This document shows positions 17,792-25,248 of a stretch of 26,758 nucleotides of DNA, one piece after another. Within the stretch, counting starts at the first letter, position 1; the number at the start of each line of letters is the position of its first letter. The stretch comes from Clostridiales bacterium (GTDB lineage: Bacteria > Bacillota > Clostridia > Christensenellales > Aristaeellaceae), in NCBI GenBank assembly GCA_015056395.1, contig SVGK01000010.1, positions 1 through 26,758 of the forward strand, in the 5' to 3' direction. Position numbers and translations under genes: made by a program. The notes beneath the pieces were generated by a model. The model saw nothing but the letters and a program-made list of their open reading frames with translations. It made no database searches and had not been told where the DNA came from.

Positions 17792-20700
17792 ATGATCATC
17801 TTCAAATGCAAATCCTGCGGCGGCGACCTGTCCTTCGAGCCGGGCGCGAGCGTCGCGGAATGCCCCTACTGCGGCGTGAAGCAGACGCTGCCGAAGCTGG
17901 ACGACGACAAGCGCGCGAACCTCTACGACCGCGCCAACCACTTCCGCCGCCAGAACGAGTACGACAAGGCCATGGCGATCTACGAGCAGATACTGTCCGA
18001 GGACCGCACGGACGCCGAGGCGTACTGGTCGCTGGTGCTGTGCCGCTACGGCATAGAGTACGTCGAGGACCCCGTTACGCGCAAGCGCGTGCCCACGGTC
18101 AACCGCGCGCAGTACGCCTCCGTGCTGGCGGACGACGACTACAAGTCGGCGCTTCAATACGCGGACCCTGCGCAGCGCGTGCTCTATGAATCGGAGGCGG
18201 AGGCCATCGCGGAGATACAGCGCGGCATATTGGACATCTCGCGCAAGGAGCAGCCCTTCGACGTGTTCATCTGCTACAAGGAGACGGACGCGAACGGCCG
18301 CCGCACGCCGGACAGCGTGCTGGCGACGGACCTGTACCACCAGCTGACGAAGGAGGGCTTCCGGGTATTCTTCTCGCGCATCACGCTGGAGGACAAGATC
18401 GGCACGGCGTACGAGCCGTACATATTCGCGGCGCTGAACAGCGCGAAGGTGATGGTGGTGCTGGGCACGAAGCCGGAGTACTTCAACGCGGTGTGGGTGA
18501 AGAACGAGTGGAGCCGCTACCTTGCGCTGATACGCGCGGGCGCGGAGAAGGTGCTGGTGCCCGCGTACCGCGACATGGACCCCTATGACCTGCCGGAGGA
18601 GTTCGCGCACCTGCAGGCGCAGGACATGGGCAAGCTGGGCTTCATGCAGGACCTGATACGCGGCATCAAGAAGCTGACCGCGAAGGACGATCCGAAGCCC
18701 GCGCGGCCCGCAGCGCAGACCGTGGTCGCGGGCCCCGGCGCGAACATAGAGAACCTGATGAAGCGCGCGCGGCTCTTCATGGAGGACGGCAACTGGATGA
18801 GCGCCACGGAGTACCTGGACAAGGTGCTGGACGAGAATGCCGAGTACGCGCCCGCCTACGCGGGCAAGGTGCAGGTCTCGCTGCGCATGAAGCGGGAGGC
18901 CGAACTGGCCGGGAGCCTCACGGACTACGAAGGCGACCCCGACTGGCAGAGGGCGCTGCGCTTTGCCGCGCCCGAACAGCGGAAGGTTTACGAGGGGTAC
19001 GCGGCGCAGGCGGCGGAGGCGCGGGAGGAGAAGCGCAAGGAAGACATCTATGCCGGAGCGGCCGCCATGCTCGCAAAGGCCGATACGCCCGCCGCGTGCC
19101 GCGCGGCGAAGGCGGAATTTGCGAAGATCCCGCTGCACAGGGACGCGGGCGCGAAGGTGCGCGAGTGCGAGGAGAAGGCGAGGCGCATCGAATACGACGC
19201 GCTCCTCACCAGATACAAGGACGTGGCCAGGGACTATAACAGCGTCTCAAAGGCCGAGAGGCTTGAGGCGCTTGCGGCGGAGTTCGATGCGTTCAGGGGC
19301 ACCGACATGCCCGGGCGCTGCCGCGCGGAGGCGGAGCAGTGCCGCGCGGCGCTCTATGACGAGGCCGCCGAGGCCATGCGGAAGAGCGCGCAGGCACAGC
19401 AATTCGAAAAGGCGGCGGAGCTGTTCAGACGGCTGGGCGCCTACAGGGACGCGCAGGCGCAGGCGCGAAAGTGCTCGGACAGCGCGGCGGAAGTCAAACG
19501 CGCCGACGAGCTGCGCGCCGCGCGTGAACGCGAGGAGCAGGAGCGCAGGATAGAGAAGGAGCGCGCCAGACAGAAGAGGAACAGGGTGCTCCTGTCGTTG
19601 CTGGTGCTCGTGCTGGCGGCGGGCGCGCTGGCCTATCTGTACGTGCTGAAGCCCATGATGGCCTATGACAAGGCGGTTGGGGCGATGGAGGCGGGAAACT
19701 ACGACGAGGCGACGGCGCTGTTTGAAGAGATGGGAGACTACAGGGACGCCGCTGTACAGGCGCAGGAGAGCCAATACAGGAAGGGTCTGTCGTTGATGAA
19801 CAGCGGAAAATACGATGCGGCTGTAGAGGTGTTCAACAGTATCGGCAGTTACGGCGATAGTTCCGCAAAGGCAAAACAGGCACAGGCAGACAAATTGTTT
19901 GATGCGGGATATTACGCCGAAGCGTATGCGGCATACATCGCATTGGATTCGGAGTATCAAACACATAAAGACGATTACGAGCAGATGTACGTCGATGCAT
20001 CGAGGCTGTTTGCGGATGGTGATTATGATGGCGCCAGCATGGCGTTTAATTCGATCGCGGGATACAAGGATTCAACAACACAGGCAAAGGAGAGCCAATA
20101 CCAGAAGGGCCTGTCGTTGATGAACAGTGGGCAATATGATGCAGCTGTAGAGGTATTCAACAGTATCAGCAGTTACGGCGATAGTTCTACGAGAGCAAAA
20201 CAGGCACAGGCAGATGAATTGTTTGCTGCGGGGAATTACGCCGAAGCATATATGGTTTACGCCGCATTGGATACGGGATATCAAACACACAAAGACGATT
20301 ACGAGCAAATGTACGTCGATGCATCGAAGCAATTTGCGGATGGTGATTATGACGGCGCCAGCAAGGCGTTTAATTCAATTGCAGGATACAAGGATTCAGT
20401 AACACAGGCAAAGGAGAGCCAGTACCAGAAGGGCCTGTCGTTGATGAACAGCGGGCAATATCATGCAGCTGCGGTGGCATTCAAGAGCCTTGGCAGTTAC
20501 AACGACGCCGCGACACAAGCGCAGGAGAGCCAGTACCAGAATGGCCTGTCGTTGATGAAAATTGGGCAATACGATGCGGCTGTGGAGGTATTCAAGAGCC
20601 TTGGCAGTTACAACGACGCTGCGACACAGGCGCAGGAGAGCCAATATCGGAAAGGCATGTCGTTGATGGAGAGCGAGGAGTATGATGCGGCTACGGAGGT

Positions 20701-21484
20701 GTTCGATGGCCTCAGTAATTACAACGACGCCGCGACAAAAGCGCAGGAGAGCCAGTACCTGAAGGCGGCGGCGCTGAACACAGCGGAGAATTACGATGAA
20801 GCTTATCTGGTCTATGCGTCCATAGCCGGCTATAAGGATGTTGACAGCATCGTCAAAAACGACGGTAATATTTCAGCAGCAGCCTGGCGCGCGCAGTTAT
20901 ACGTCGGCAATACGGTGACCTTCGGCGCGTACGACCAGGACGGCGATACCTCAAACGGCGCGGAGGCCATCGAATGGATCGTGCTGGCGAACGACGGCAA
21001 GACGGCGACGCTGATTAGCAGATACGGTCTGGACGCGAAGCCCTACAACACTGAACAAGAATATGTGACCTGGGAGACATGCACGCTGCGGAAATGGCTG
21101 AACGGCGATTTCCTGAACGCGGCCTTTTCGGCGGACGAGAGGGCGAAGCTTGAAACGGTCAAGGTCACGGCGGACAGGAATCCCAAGAATTTTATCGATC
21201 CCGGCAACGACACGCAGGACAAGGTCTTCCTGCTGTCCATAGACGAGGCGAACAAGTATTTCAGCTCTGATTCGGACCGCATGTGCAAGCCCACGAAGAC
21301 GGCAGTCAAGAATGGAGCAAGCACGAACAGCTCGGGTGCGTGCTGGTGGTGGCTGCGGTCGCCCGGCTACTATCCTAGCCTCGTCGCATACGTCCGCGAC
21401 GACGGTTCGGTCTACTACGACGGCTGCGGTGTCTACAACGGCGATCTCGCTGTTCGGCCGGTCGTGGTGCTGCGGCTTTCATAG
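17792..21484 (+). CDS. Large single-pass membrane protein (1230 aa): N-terminal zinc ribbon, TPR-like region, TIR domain, helical repeat region, TM helix, ~12 degenerate 37-38-aa extracytoplasmic repeats, DUF6273-like C-terminal domain
   Basis: RBS AAAGGAG at 17778-17784 and ATG at 17792 (MIIFKCKSCGGDLSFEPGASVAECPYCG); the ORF-track start at 17651 is an unsupported extension. The TIR region at ~18254-18680 reads QPFDVFICYKETD...EGFRVFFS...VMVVLGTKPEYFNAVWVKNEWSRYLAL, with the conserved W-x3-E at 18494-18508. The TM helix RVLLSLLVLVLAAGALAYLYVL lies at ~19585-19650. Repeats fit the pattern G.Y.DA..QA.ESQY.KG. The C-terminus (TVTFGAYDQDGD...IEWIVLANDGKTATLISRYGLD...VTWETCTLRKWLN...KVFLLSIDEA...ACWWWLRSPG...AVRPVVVL) matches my recollection of DUF6273. 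Confidence 0.8.
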   Translation: MIIFKCKSCGGDLSFEPGASVAECPYCGVKQTLPKLDDDKRANLYDRANHFRRQNEYDKAMAIYEQILSEDRTDAEAYWSLVLCRYGIEYVEDPVTRKRVPTVNRAQYASVLADDDYKSALQYADPAQRVLYESEAEAIAEIQRGILDISRKEQPFDVFICYKETDANGRRTPDSVLATDLYHQLTKEGFRVFFSRITLEDKIGTAYEPYIFAALNSAKVMVVLGTKPEYFNAVWVKNEWSRYLALIRAGAEKVLVPAYRDMDPYDLPEEFAHLQAQDMGKLGFMQDLIRGIKKLTAKDDPKPARPAAQTVVAGPGANIENLMKRARLFMEDGNWMSATEYLDKVLDENAEYAPAYAGKVQVSLRMKREAELAGSLTDYEGDPDWQRALRFAAPEQRKVYEGYAAQAAEAREEKRKEDIYAGAAAMLAKADTPAACRAAKAEFAKIPLHRDAGAKVRECEEKARRIEYDALLTRYKDVARDYNSVSKAERLEALAAEFDAFRGTDMPGRCRAEAEQCRAALYDEAAEAMRKSAQAQQFEKAAELFRRLGAYRDAQAQARKCSDSAAEVKRADELRAAREREEQERRIEKERARQKRNRVLLSLLVLVLAAGALAYLYVLKPMMAYDKAVGAMEAGNYDEATALFEEMGDYRDAAVQAQESQYRKGLSLMNSGKYDAAVEVFNSIGSYGDSSAKAKQAQADKLFDAGYYAEAYAAYIALDSEYQTHKDDYEQMYVDASRLFADGDYDGASMAFNSIAGYKDSTTQAKESQYQKGLSLMNSGQYDAAVEVFNSISSYGDSSTRAKQAQADELFAAGNYAEAYMVYAALDTGYQTHKDDYEQMYVDASKQFADGDYDGASKAFNSIAGYKDSVTQAKESQYQKGLSLMNSGQYHAAAVAFKSLGSYNDAATQAQESQYQNGLSLMKIGQYDAAVEVFKSLGSYNDAATQAQESQYRKGMSLMESEEYDAATEVFDGLSNYNDAATKAQESQYLKAAALNTAENYDEAYLVYASIAGYKDVDSIVKNDGNISAAAWRAQLYVGNTVTFGAYDQDGDTSNGAEAIEWIVLANDGKTATLISRYGLDAKPYNTEQEYVTWETCTLRKWLNGDFLNAAFSADERAKLETVKVTADRNPKNFIDPGNDTQDKVFLLSIDEANKYFSSDSDRMCKPTKTAVKNGASTNSSGACWWWLRSPGYYPSLVAYVRDDGSVYYDGCGVYNGDLAVRPVVVLRLS
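19766..20413 (+). repeat. Two tandem 324-bp (108-aa) intragenic direct repeats (~88% identity) within the extracytoplasmic repeat region of the TIR protein gene
   Basis: GAGAGCCAATAC recurs at 19766, 20090 and 20414 with an exact 324-nt spacing. This stretch (~19690-20830) has visibly lower GC (~50%) than the 5' half of the gene (~70%). Confidence 0.85.
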
Positions 21485-21607
21485 TCAAATCGTTAATCTT
21501 TACTCTTCAAATCCTCTGGCGTGCAAGCGCCATGATCCCGGCAGTGCCGCGAACAGACCTTATCCTGCAGGAGCGAGAATCATTGAGTACAAAGAGGTGA
21601 ACAGAAT

Positions 21608-22492
21608 ATGAACGGAAGACCAGGCATCCTCTTTCTCGGCAACGGCATCAACCGACTGTTCAATGACGATCCGTGGGACAAGATGATCCGCGACCAGCTC
21701 GCCCTGTCGGGCCATCGCTACACGTGGGAACAGATCAGGAACATACCGCCCACGATGCAGATCGTACTTGCGACGAACGATCAGGTCGACGCCCGCCTCA
21801 AGCAGATCGCAAAGGAGCTGGAACAACAGCGCATACAGGACGAACGCGCCGCTTTCCTGCGCAGGCTCGCCGGTATGGATGTCGACTGCGTAATGACGGC
21901 GAATTATTCTCTCGAGATCGAAAAGGCATTCGGGCTGAAGGAAAGCTGCGCCTCCTACAGGCGGCGCCTGAACAGGACCATCGAAGCAAACGGCCTGCGC
22001 GACGATTTTCGTCTGTACCAATATTATCCCCTCGAGCGGGCGGACGGAAGGACGATGCCGCTTTGGCACGTGCACGGCGACATCGCGAAGCCTCGCTCCA
22101 TGATCATGGGCCATTACTACTACGCAAGGCATCTGCGCGAGATACAGGACCGCGTCGGCGTTATGATGCGCGTCGTTCGGGGCTGTGAACGGGCCGGCTC
22201 GACGTTCCATCCGCAAAGCTGGGTCGATGCGTTTCTGATAAGCGACGTGTTCATGCTCGGCTTTGGGCTGTATCTGTGTGAGTCCGATTTGTGGTGGCTG
22301 CTCTGCTGCAAGAAGCGCAACTTCCCCGATACGAAGGTGTTCTTCTACGGCGAGGCGACGAATGATGTCCGGCTGCTGCTGGAGGCCTATGGCGGCGAAA
22401 CGCAGGACGAGATCAGCCGGATCGGAGAAGACGGCTATATGCGCTTTTATGAAAGGGCGATCGCGGATATCGAACGAAAGCTGGAACATTAG
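21608..22492 (+). CDS. Stand-alone SIR2-like (SIR2_2 / DSR-ThsA-type sirtuin fold) protein, 294 aa, no additional sensor domain
   Basis: The N-terminal ILFLGNGINRLFNDDPWDKMI fits the SIR2_2 consensus lFlGAGxS...PxW..L. VMTANYSLEIEKA fits TTNYDxLlE (catalytic Asn retained). LWHVHGDIAKPRSMIMGHYYY fits iyKlHGs...lvlt.edY (catalytic His retained). DVFMLGFGLYLCESDLWWLL fits llfiGYSl.D. RBS AAAGAGGTG lies upstream. The gene is 124 bp downstream of, and co-directional with, the TIR gene. Confidence 0.65.
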   Translation: MNGRPGILFLGNGINRLFNDDPWDKMIRDQLALSGHRYTWEQIRNIPPTMQIVLATNDQVDARLKQIAKELEQQRIQDERAAFLRRLAGMDVDCVMTANYSLEIEKAFGLKESCASYRRRLNRTIEANGLRDDFRLYQYYPLERADGRTMPLWHVHGDIAKPRSMIMGHYYYARHLREIQDRVGVMMRVVRGCERAGSTFHPQSWVDAFLISDVFMLGFGLYLCESDLWWLLCCKKRNFPDTKVFFYGEATNDVRLLLEAYGGETQDEISRIGEDGYMRFYERAIADIERKLEH

Positions 22493-22574
22493 TTGGATGT
22501 CCAGAGGGACAAGGACCGCGATCCTGCATGATCGGTGTCATTGATGTATGTCCTGCCCATGCCCTCAATAACGT

Positions 22575-23545
22575 ACCACCGTAGGGACGCCCCATGGGGC
22601 GTCCGCGTGCCCGATCCCGGCACGCACCGCGCAACGTCTTTACGAACCGCATCCCGTAGGGACGCCATTCATGGCGTCCGCCGCGCGTGAGCGCACCGTT
22701 ATCCGTTTCCCCGCAGGGCGCGTTTTCCCCGCGATCCGCCATTGCGGACACACGCAGGGGGAACGTGGCGGCGTAGACGCCGCCGCTACGGATGTTGTTA
22801 TATCACTTGAAGGATGGCGGACAAGGCGCGGCAAGCAACGCTCCTGCGGCGACACATCGCCGCCATTCCGTACACCGACCGTCCTGTCGCCCACGCCGCA
22901 CAGAGCATGACCCTCCGTAGGGACGCCCCATGGGGCGTCCGCGTGCCCGATCCCGGCACGCACTGCGCAACGTCTATACGAACCACATCCCGTAGGGGCG
23001 CCATCCATGGCGCCCGCGCCCTCATCCCGGCATGAACCGCGCAACATCCACACGAAACCGCATCCCGTAGGGACGCCATTCATGGCGTCCGCCTGCGCGT
23101 GAGCGCACCGTTATCCGTTGCCCTACAGGACGCATATCCCCCGCGATCTGCCATCATGAACACGGGGCACGTGGCGGCGCAGACGCCGCCGCTACGGGTG
23201 TTGTTATATATCACCTAACGATGGGGGCGGATGGGGCGCGGCAAGCGACGACCCTGCGGCGACACATCGCCGCCATTCCGTACACCGACCGCCCTGTCGC
23301 CCGCGCCGCACAGAGCATGACCCTCCGTAGGGACGCCCCATGGGGCGTCCGCGTGCCCGATCCCGGCACGCACTGCGCAACGTCTATACGAACCACATCC
23401 CGTAGGGGCGCCATCCATGGCGCCCGCCCGCGCGTAAGCGCACCGTTATCCGTGGCCTCCCAAGGCGCATATCCCCCGCGATCCGTCATCACGAGCGCGG
23501 GGGAACGTGGCGGCGCAGACGCCGCCGCTACGGGTGGTGTTCTTG
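22575..23545. repeat. Three tandem non-coding units (~330, ~420, ~230 bp), each with a perfect 20-bp palindrome GGACGCCCCATGGGGCGTCC, a second palindrome GGRCGCCATYCATGGCGYCC ~75 bp later, and a GTGGCGGCG-yAGA-CGCCGCCGCTACGG hairpin
   Basis: Palindrome A occurs at 22585, 22919 and 23339. Palindrome B or variants occur at 22660, 22995, 23080 and 23413. The CGCCGCCGCTACGG hairpin occurs at 22773-22800, 23171-23198 and 23507-23535. Sequence between the palindromes is itself repeated, so these are not CRISPR spacers. Confidence 0.8.
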
Positions 23546-23603
23546 GACCACCTTTCGCATTTGCGAGCAACGAGTGGTGGATGAGGGCGCAGCATTTTAC
23601 ATG

Positions 23604-23645
23604 AGGGCCTGTTCCCTTCGCGAGAGGGAACGGGCCCTTTTCTTA
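23604..23645 (+). terminator. Stem-loop GGGCCUGUUCCCU-ucgcgag-AGGGAACGGGCCC followed by TTTTCTTAT; terminator-like, first of two near-identical copies
   Basis: 13-bp stem with one G-U pair plus a T-tract on the + strand. It lies immediately 3' of the minus-strand SWIM gene stop (23648), so it is probably bidirectional. The second copy is at 24097-24140. Confidence 0.55.
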
Positions 23646-23647
23646 TG

Positions 23648-23983
23648 TCATTTGCCGAGCACGGTTTCCGCAAACCTGTCGCGGCAGCGCTTTTCAAGCT
23701 CTTTTTCCTGCTGCTTTTTGTAGGCGATGTATTCAAGTACGGCGTTTTTGTCGATGACGCCGCATTCGAGCATGAGGCGGGCGATGTGCTTGCACGGGGC
23801 GTCCTTCTTCTTTCCCCTGATCTGGAAATCGGGGCAGTCGCATTCTTCGAGCGTCGCGTGGTAGATGTCGCCGTTGGAGCCGACGAACACGGCGGAGGGC
23901 ACGCCGGTTTCGATCGACTGCACATTCACGTCCAAGGCGCGAATAGCGGTCTTGTCGTCGAGGTTCCTGTAAGAAATTGCCAT
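23648..23983 (-). CDS. Small SWIM zinc-finger protein (111 aa)
   Basis: CDCPDFQIRGKKKDAPCKHIARL matches the SWIM CxCxnCxH signature. RBS AAAGGAAG lies 6 nt before the ATG at 23983. GC is intermediate. Confidence 0.7.
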   Translation of the reverse strand: MAISYRNLDDKTAIRALDVNVQSIETGVPSAVFVGSNGDIYHATLEECDCPDFQIRGKKKDAPCKHIARLMLECGVIDKNAVLEYIAYKKQQEKELEKRCRDRFAETVLGK

Positions 23984-24096
23984 GGGGATGCACTTCCTTT
24001 CTGGTCGATGCGGTTATGAGGTGCATATCAGCTTTCGAACGGTGATGTATAATAGAAATGCAAATCGGACAAGTGGTGTTGGCTGATTTTGCATGT

Positions 24097-24140
24097 GGGC
24101 CTGTTCCCTTCGCGAGAGGGAACGGGCCTTCTTATTTCTT
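24097..24140 (+). terminator. Second copy of the GGGCCTGTTCCCTTCGCGAGAGGGAACGGGCC stem-loop plus TTCTTATTTCTT, abutting the stop of the minus-strand secreted-protein gene
   Basis: Identical 32-bp hairpin and similar flank (ATTTTRCATGWG upstream) to the copy at 23604. Confidence 0.5.
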
Positions 24141-24689
24141 GGTCGGGGCAACAACAAGCAAATAACTTTCGATGTATTCGGGGTTCCAGATGTAATAGGT
24201 GGCATAGCGGCCAATGTGATAGGGGATACGCGCGCCGGGCGTCAAGATGGATCCTGCATTTCTGAAAACATTCATAGTCTTCTCATAGAACCCTTTTGAA
24301 TCGGACATTATGGACAAAACCTGATCATGCGATATATTCGGGAAACTTGTGTACTCAAGCGCAGAATACAGGGCCATGAGCTTGAAGGCGTCTTCAACAG
24401 ACAAGTCGTCAGTGGATATGTTGACGTTCAACGGAAAATCTACAGACAATGTAGCGAAAGATGAAGCATCGTACTGAATCGTAATCATGTCATAGCCCAT
24501 CGCGGAAGTGGCATCGTTCACATCGGCAAAAACTGGGTCAGCTTTGAACGGATAGCCATACAGCGAACACCATCCAGCATATGTGGCTGCAATCCTTGAA
24601 GGCGTATCAAAGCCGGACGAAGCATCTGCGAGAGCGAAACCGGACAATATGAGTGCGAGCAAGAGCAGTATAACAACAAGTCTTTTCAT
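24132..24689 (-). CDS. Secreted hypothetical protein with N-terminal signal peptide (185 aa), lower-GC gene
   Basis: ATG at 24689 preceded by GGAGGTG with a 7-nt spacer. MKRLVVILLLLALILSGFALADAS is a signal peptide. The ORF-track start at 24734 lacks an RBS. GC is ~45-50% versus >65% for flanking DNA. Confidence 0.7.
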   Translation of the reverse strand: MKRLVVILLLLALILSGFALADASSGFDTPSRIAATYAGWCSLYGYPFKADPVFADVNDATSAMGYDMITIQYDASSFATLSVDFPLNVNISTDDLSVEDAFKLMALYSALEYTSFPNISHDQVLSIMSDSKGFYEKTMNVFRNAGSILTPGARIPYHIGRYATYYIWNPEYIESYLLVVAPTKK

Positions 24690-24747
24690 GTGAAACACCT
24701 CCATTAGGTCCATATTCCGTGACGGCACGTTCATGGATTCAGGATAA

Positions 24748-25131
24748 CTATGCCGTTATGGACGCGCCATCTTCCTTTTGCATGTCCGGGTTGCCTGCGA
24801 AGGCGCGGGCTGTGTTCAGGAGGGTGGTTTGGGCGTCGTGGTTCAGGGAACGGAACAGGGAAAGAAGCTCAGATTCCTGTTCTGTAAGCGGAACGGATAA
24901 TTCATATTTTGGGGGTTCAGAGTAGAATTCAGCGATGCTGTTGATTCCATAGATCTCACACAGGCGAAAGAGCATATCAGCGTCCGGCTGGCCCCGGCCA
25001 TGCTCCCAGCCCGATACGGTCTTATCGCTTTTACCGATCATTTCGCCAACTTCTCTTGCTGTCAAGCCTGCCATTATTCGGAAATCATGCAGCTTGGCGG
25101 CGAGGGCTTTTCTGATTTCTTGTTCTTTCAC
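24748..25131 (-). CDS. XRE-family (Cro/CI-type) helix-turn-helix transcriptional regulator, 127 aa
   Basis: GTG start at 25131 preceded by GAGGTGA. The HTH reads LTAREVGEMIGKSDKTVSGWEHGRGQPDADMLFRLCEIY, and there is a C-terminal extension. Confidence 0.85.
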   Translation of the reverse strand: MKEQEIRKALAAKLHDFRIMAGLTAREVGEMIGKSDKTVSGWEHGRGQPDADMLFRLCEIYGINSIAEFYSEPPKYELSVPLTEQESELLSLFRSLNHDAQTTLLNTARAFAGNPDMQKEDGASITA

Positions 25132-25150
25132 GGAATCTCACCTCAAAAGA

Positions 25151-25179
25151 AGTATACAACCATTTTAGCTATATTGCAA
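25151..25179 (-). promoter_or_regulatory. Sigma-70-type promoter for the minus-strand XRE regulator (-35 TTGCAA, 17-nt spacer, -10 TATACT)
   Basis: Reverse complement of 25151-25179 reads TTGCAAtatagctaaaatggttgTATACT. Located ~20 nt upstream of the RBS. Confidence 0.55.
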
Positions 25180-25219
25180 GACAAATCCTTAAATAATGAG
25201 AATTAATTGATAAAATGGC

Positions 25220-25248
25220 TTGACAGTCTATGATTTTAAGAGTATTAT
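25220..25248 (+). promoter_or_regulatory. Divergent sigma-70 promoter (-35 TTGACA 25220-25225, 17-nt spacer, -10 TATTAT 25243-25248) flanked by three TTAAGAG/CTCTTAA operator-like repeats
   Basis: Consensus -35 with near-consensus -10. TTAAGAG recurs at 25236-25242 and 25271-25277, and an inverted CTCTTAA at 25262-25268 brackets the -10. Confidence 0.65.

Noticed and set aside
22575-23545. CRISPR array interpretation of the palindromic repeats
   Set aside because: Repeat spacing is irregular (74-258 bp). The intervening 'spacers' are themselves conserved between units. The repeats are perfect palindromes of two different types. No cas genes are nearby.
22413-23604. ORFs inside the palindrome array (22640..23083 -, 23211..23570 -, 22798..23079 -, 23221..23604 +, others)
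   Set aside because: Their 'proteins' are repeated translations of the DNA repeats (MNGVPTGCGS..., APWGVPTEGHALCG... recur). There are no RBSs, and the frames overlap on both strands. They are artefacts of GC-rich repeats.
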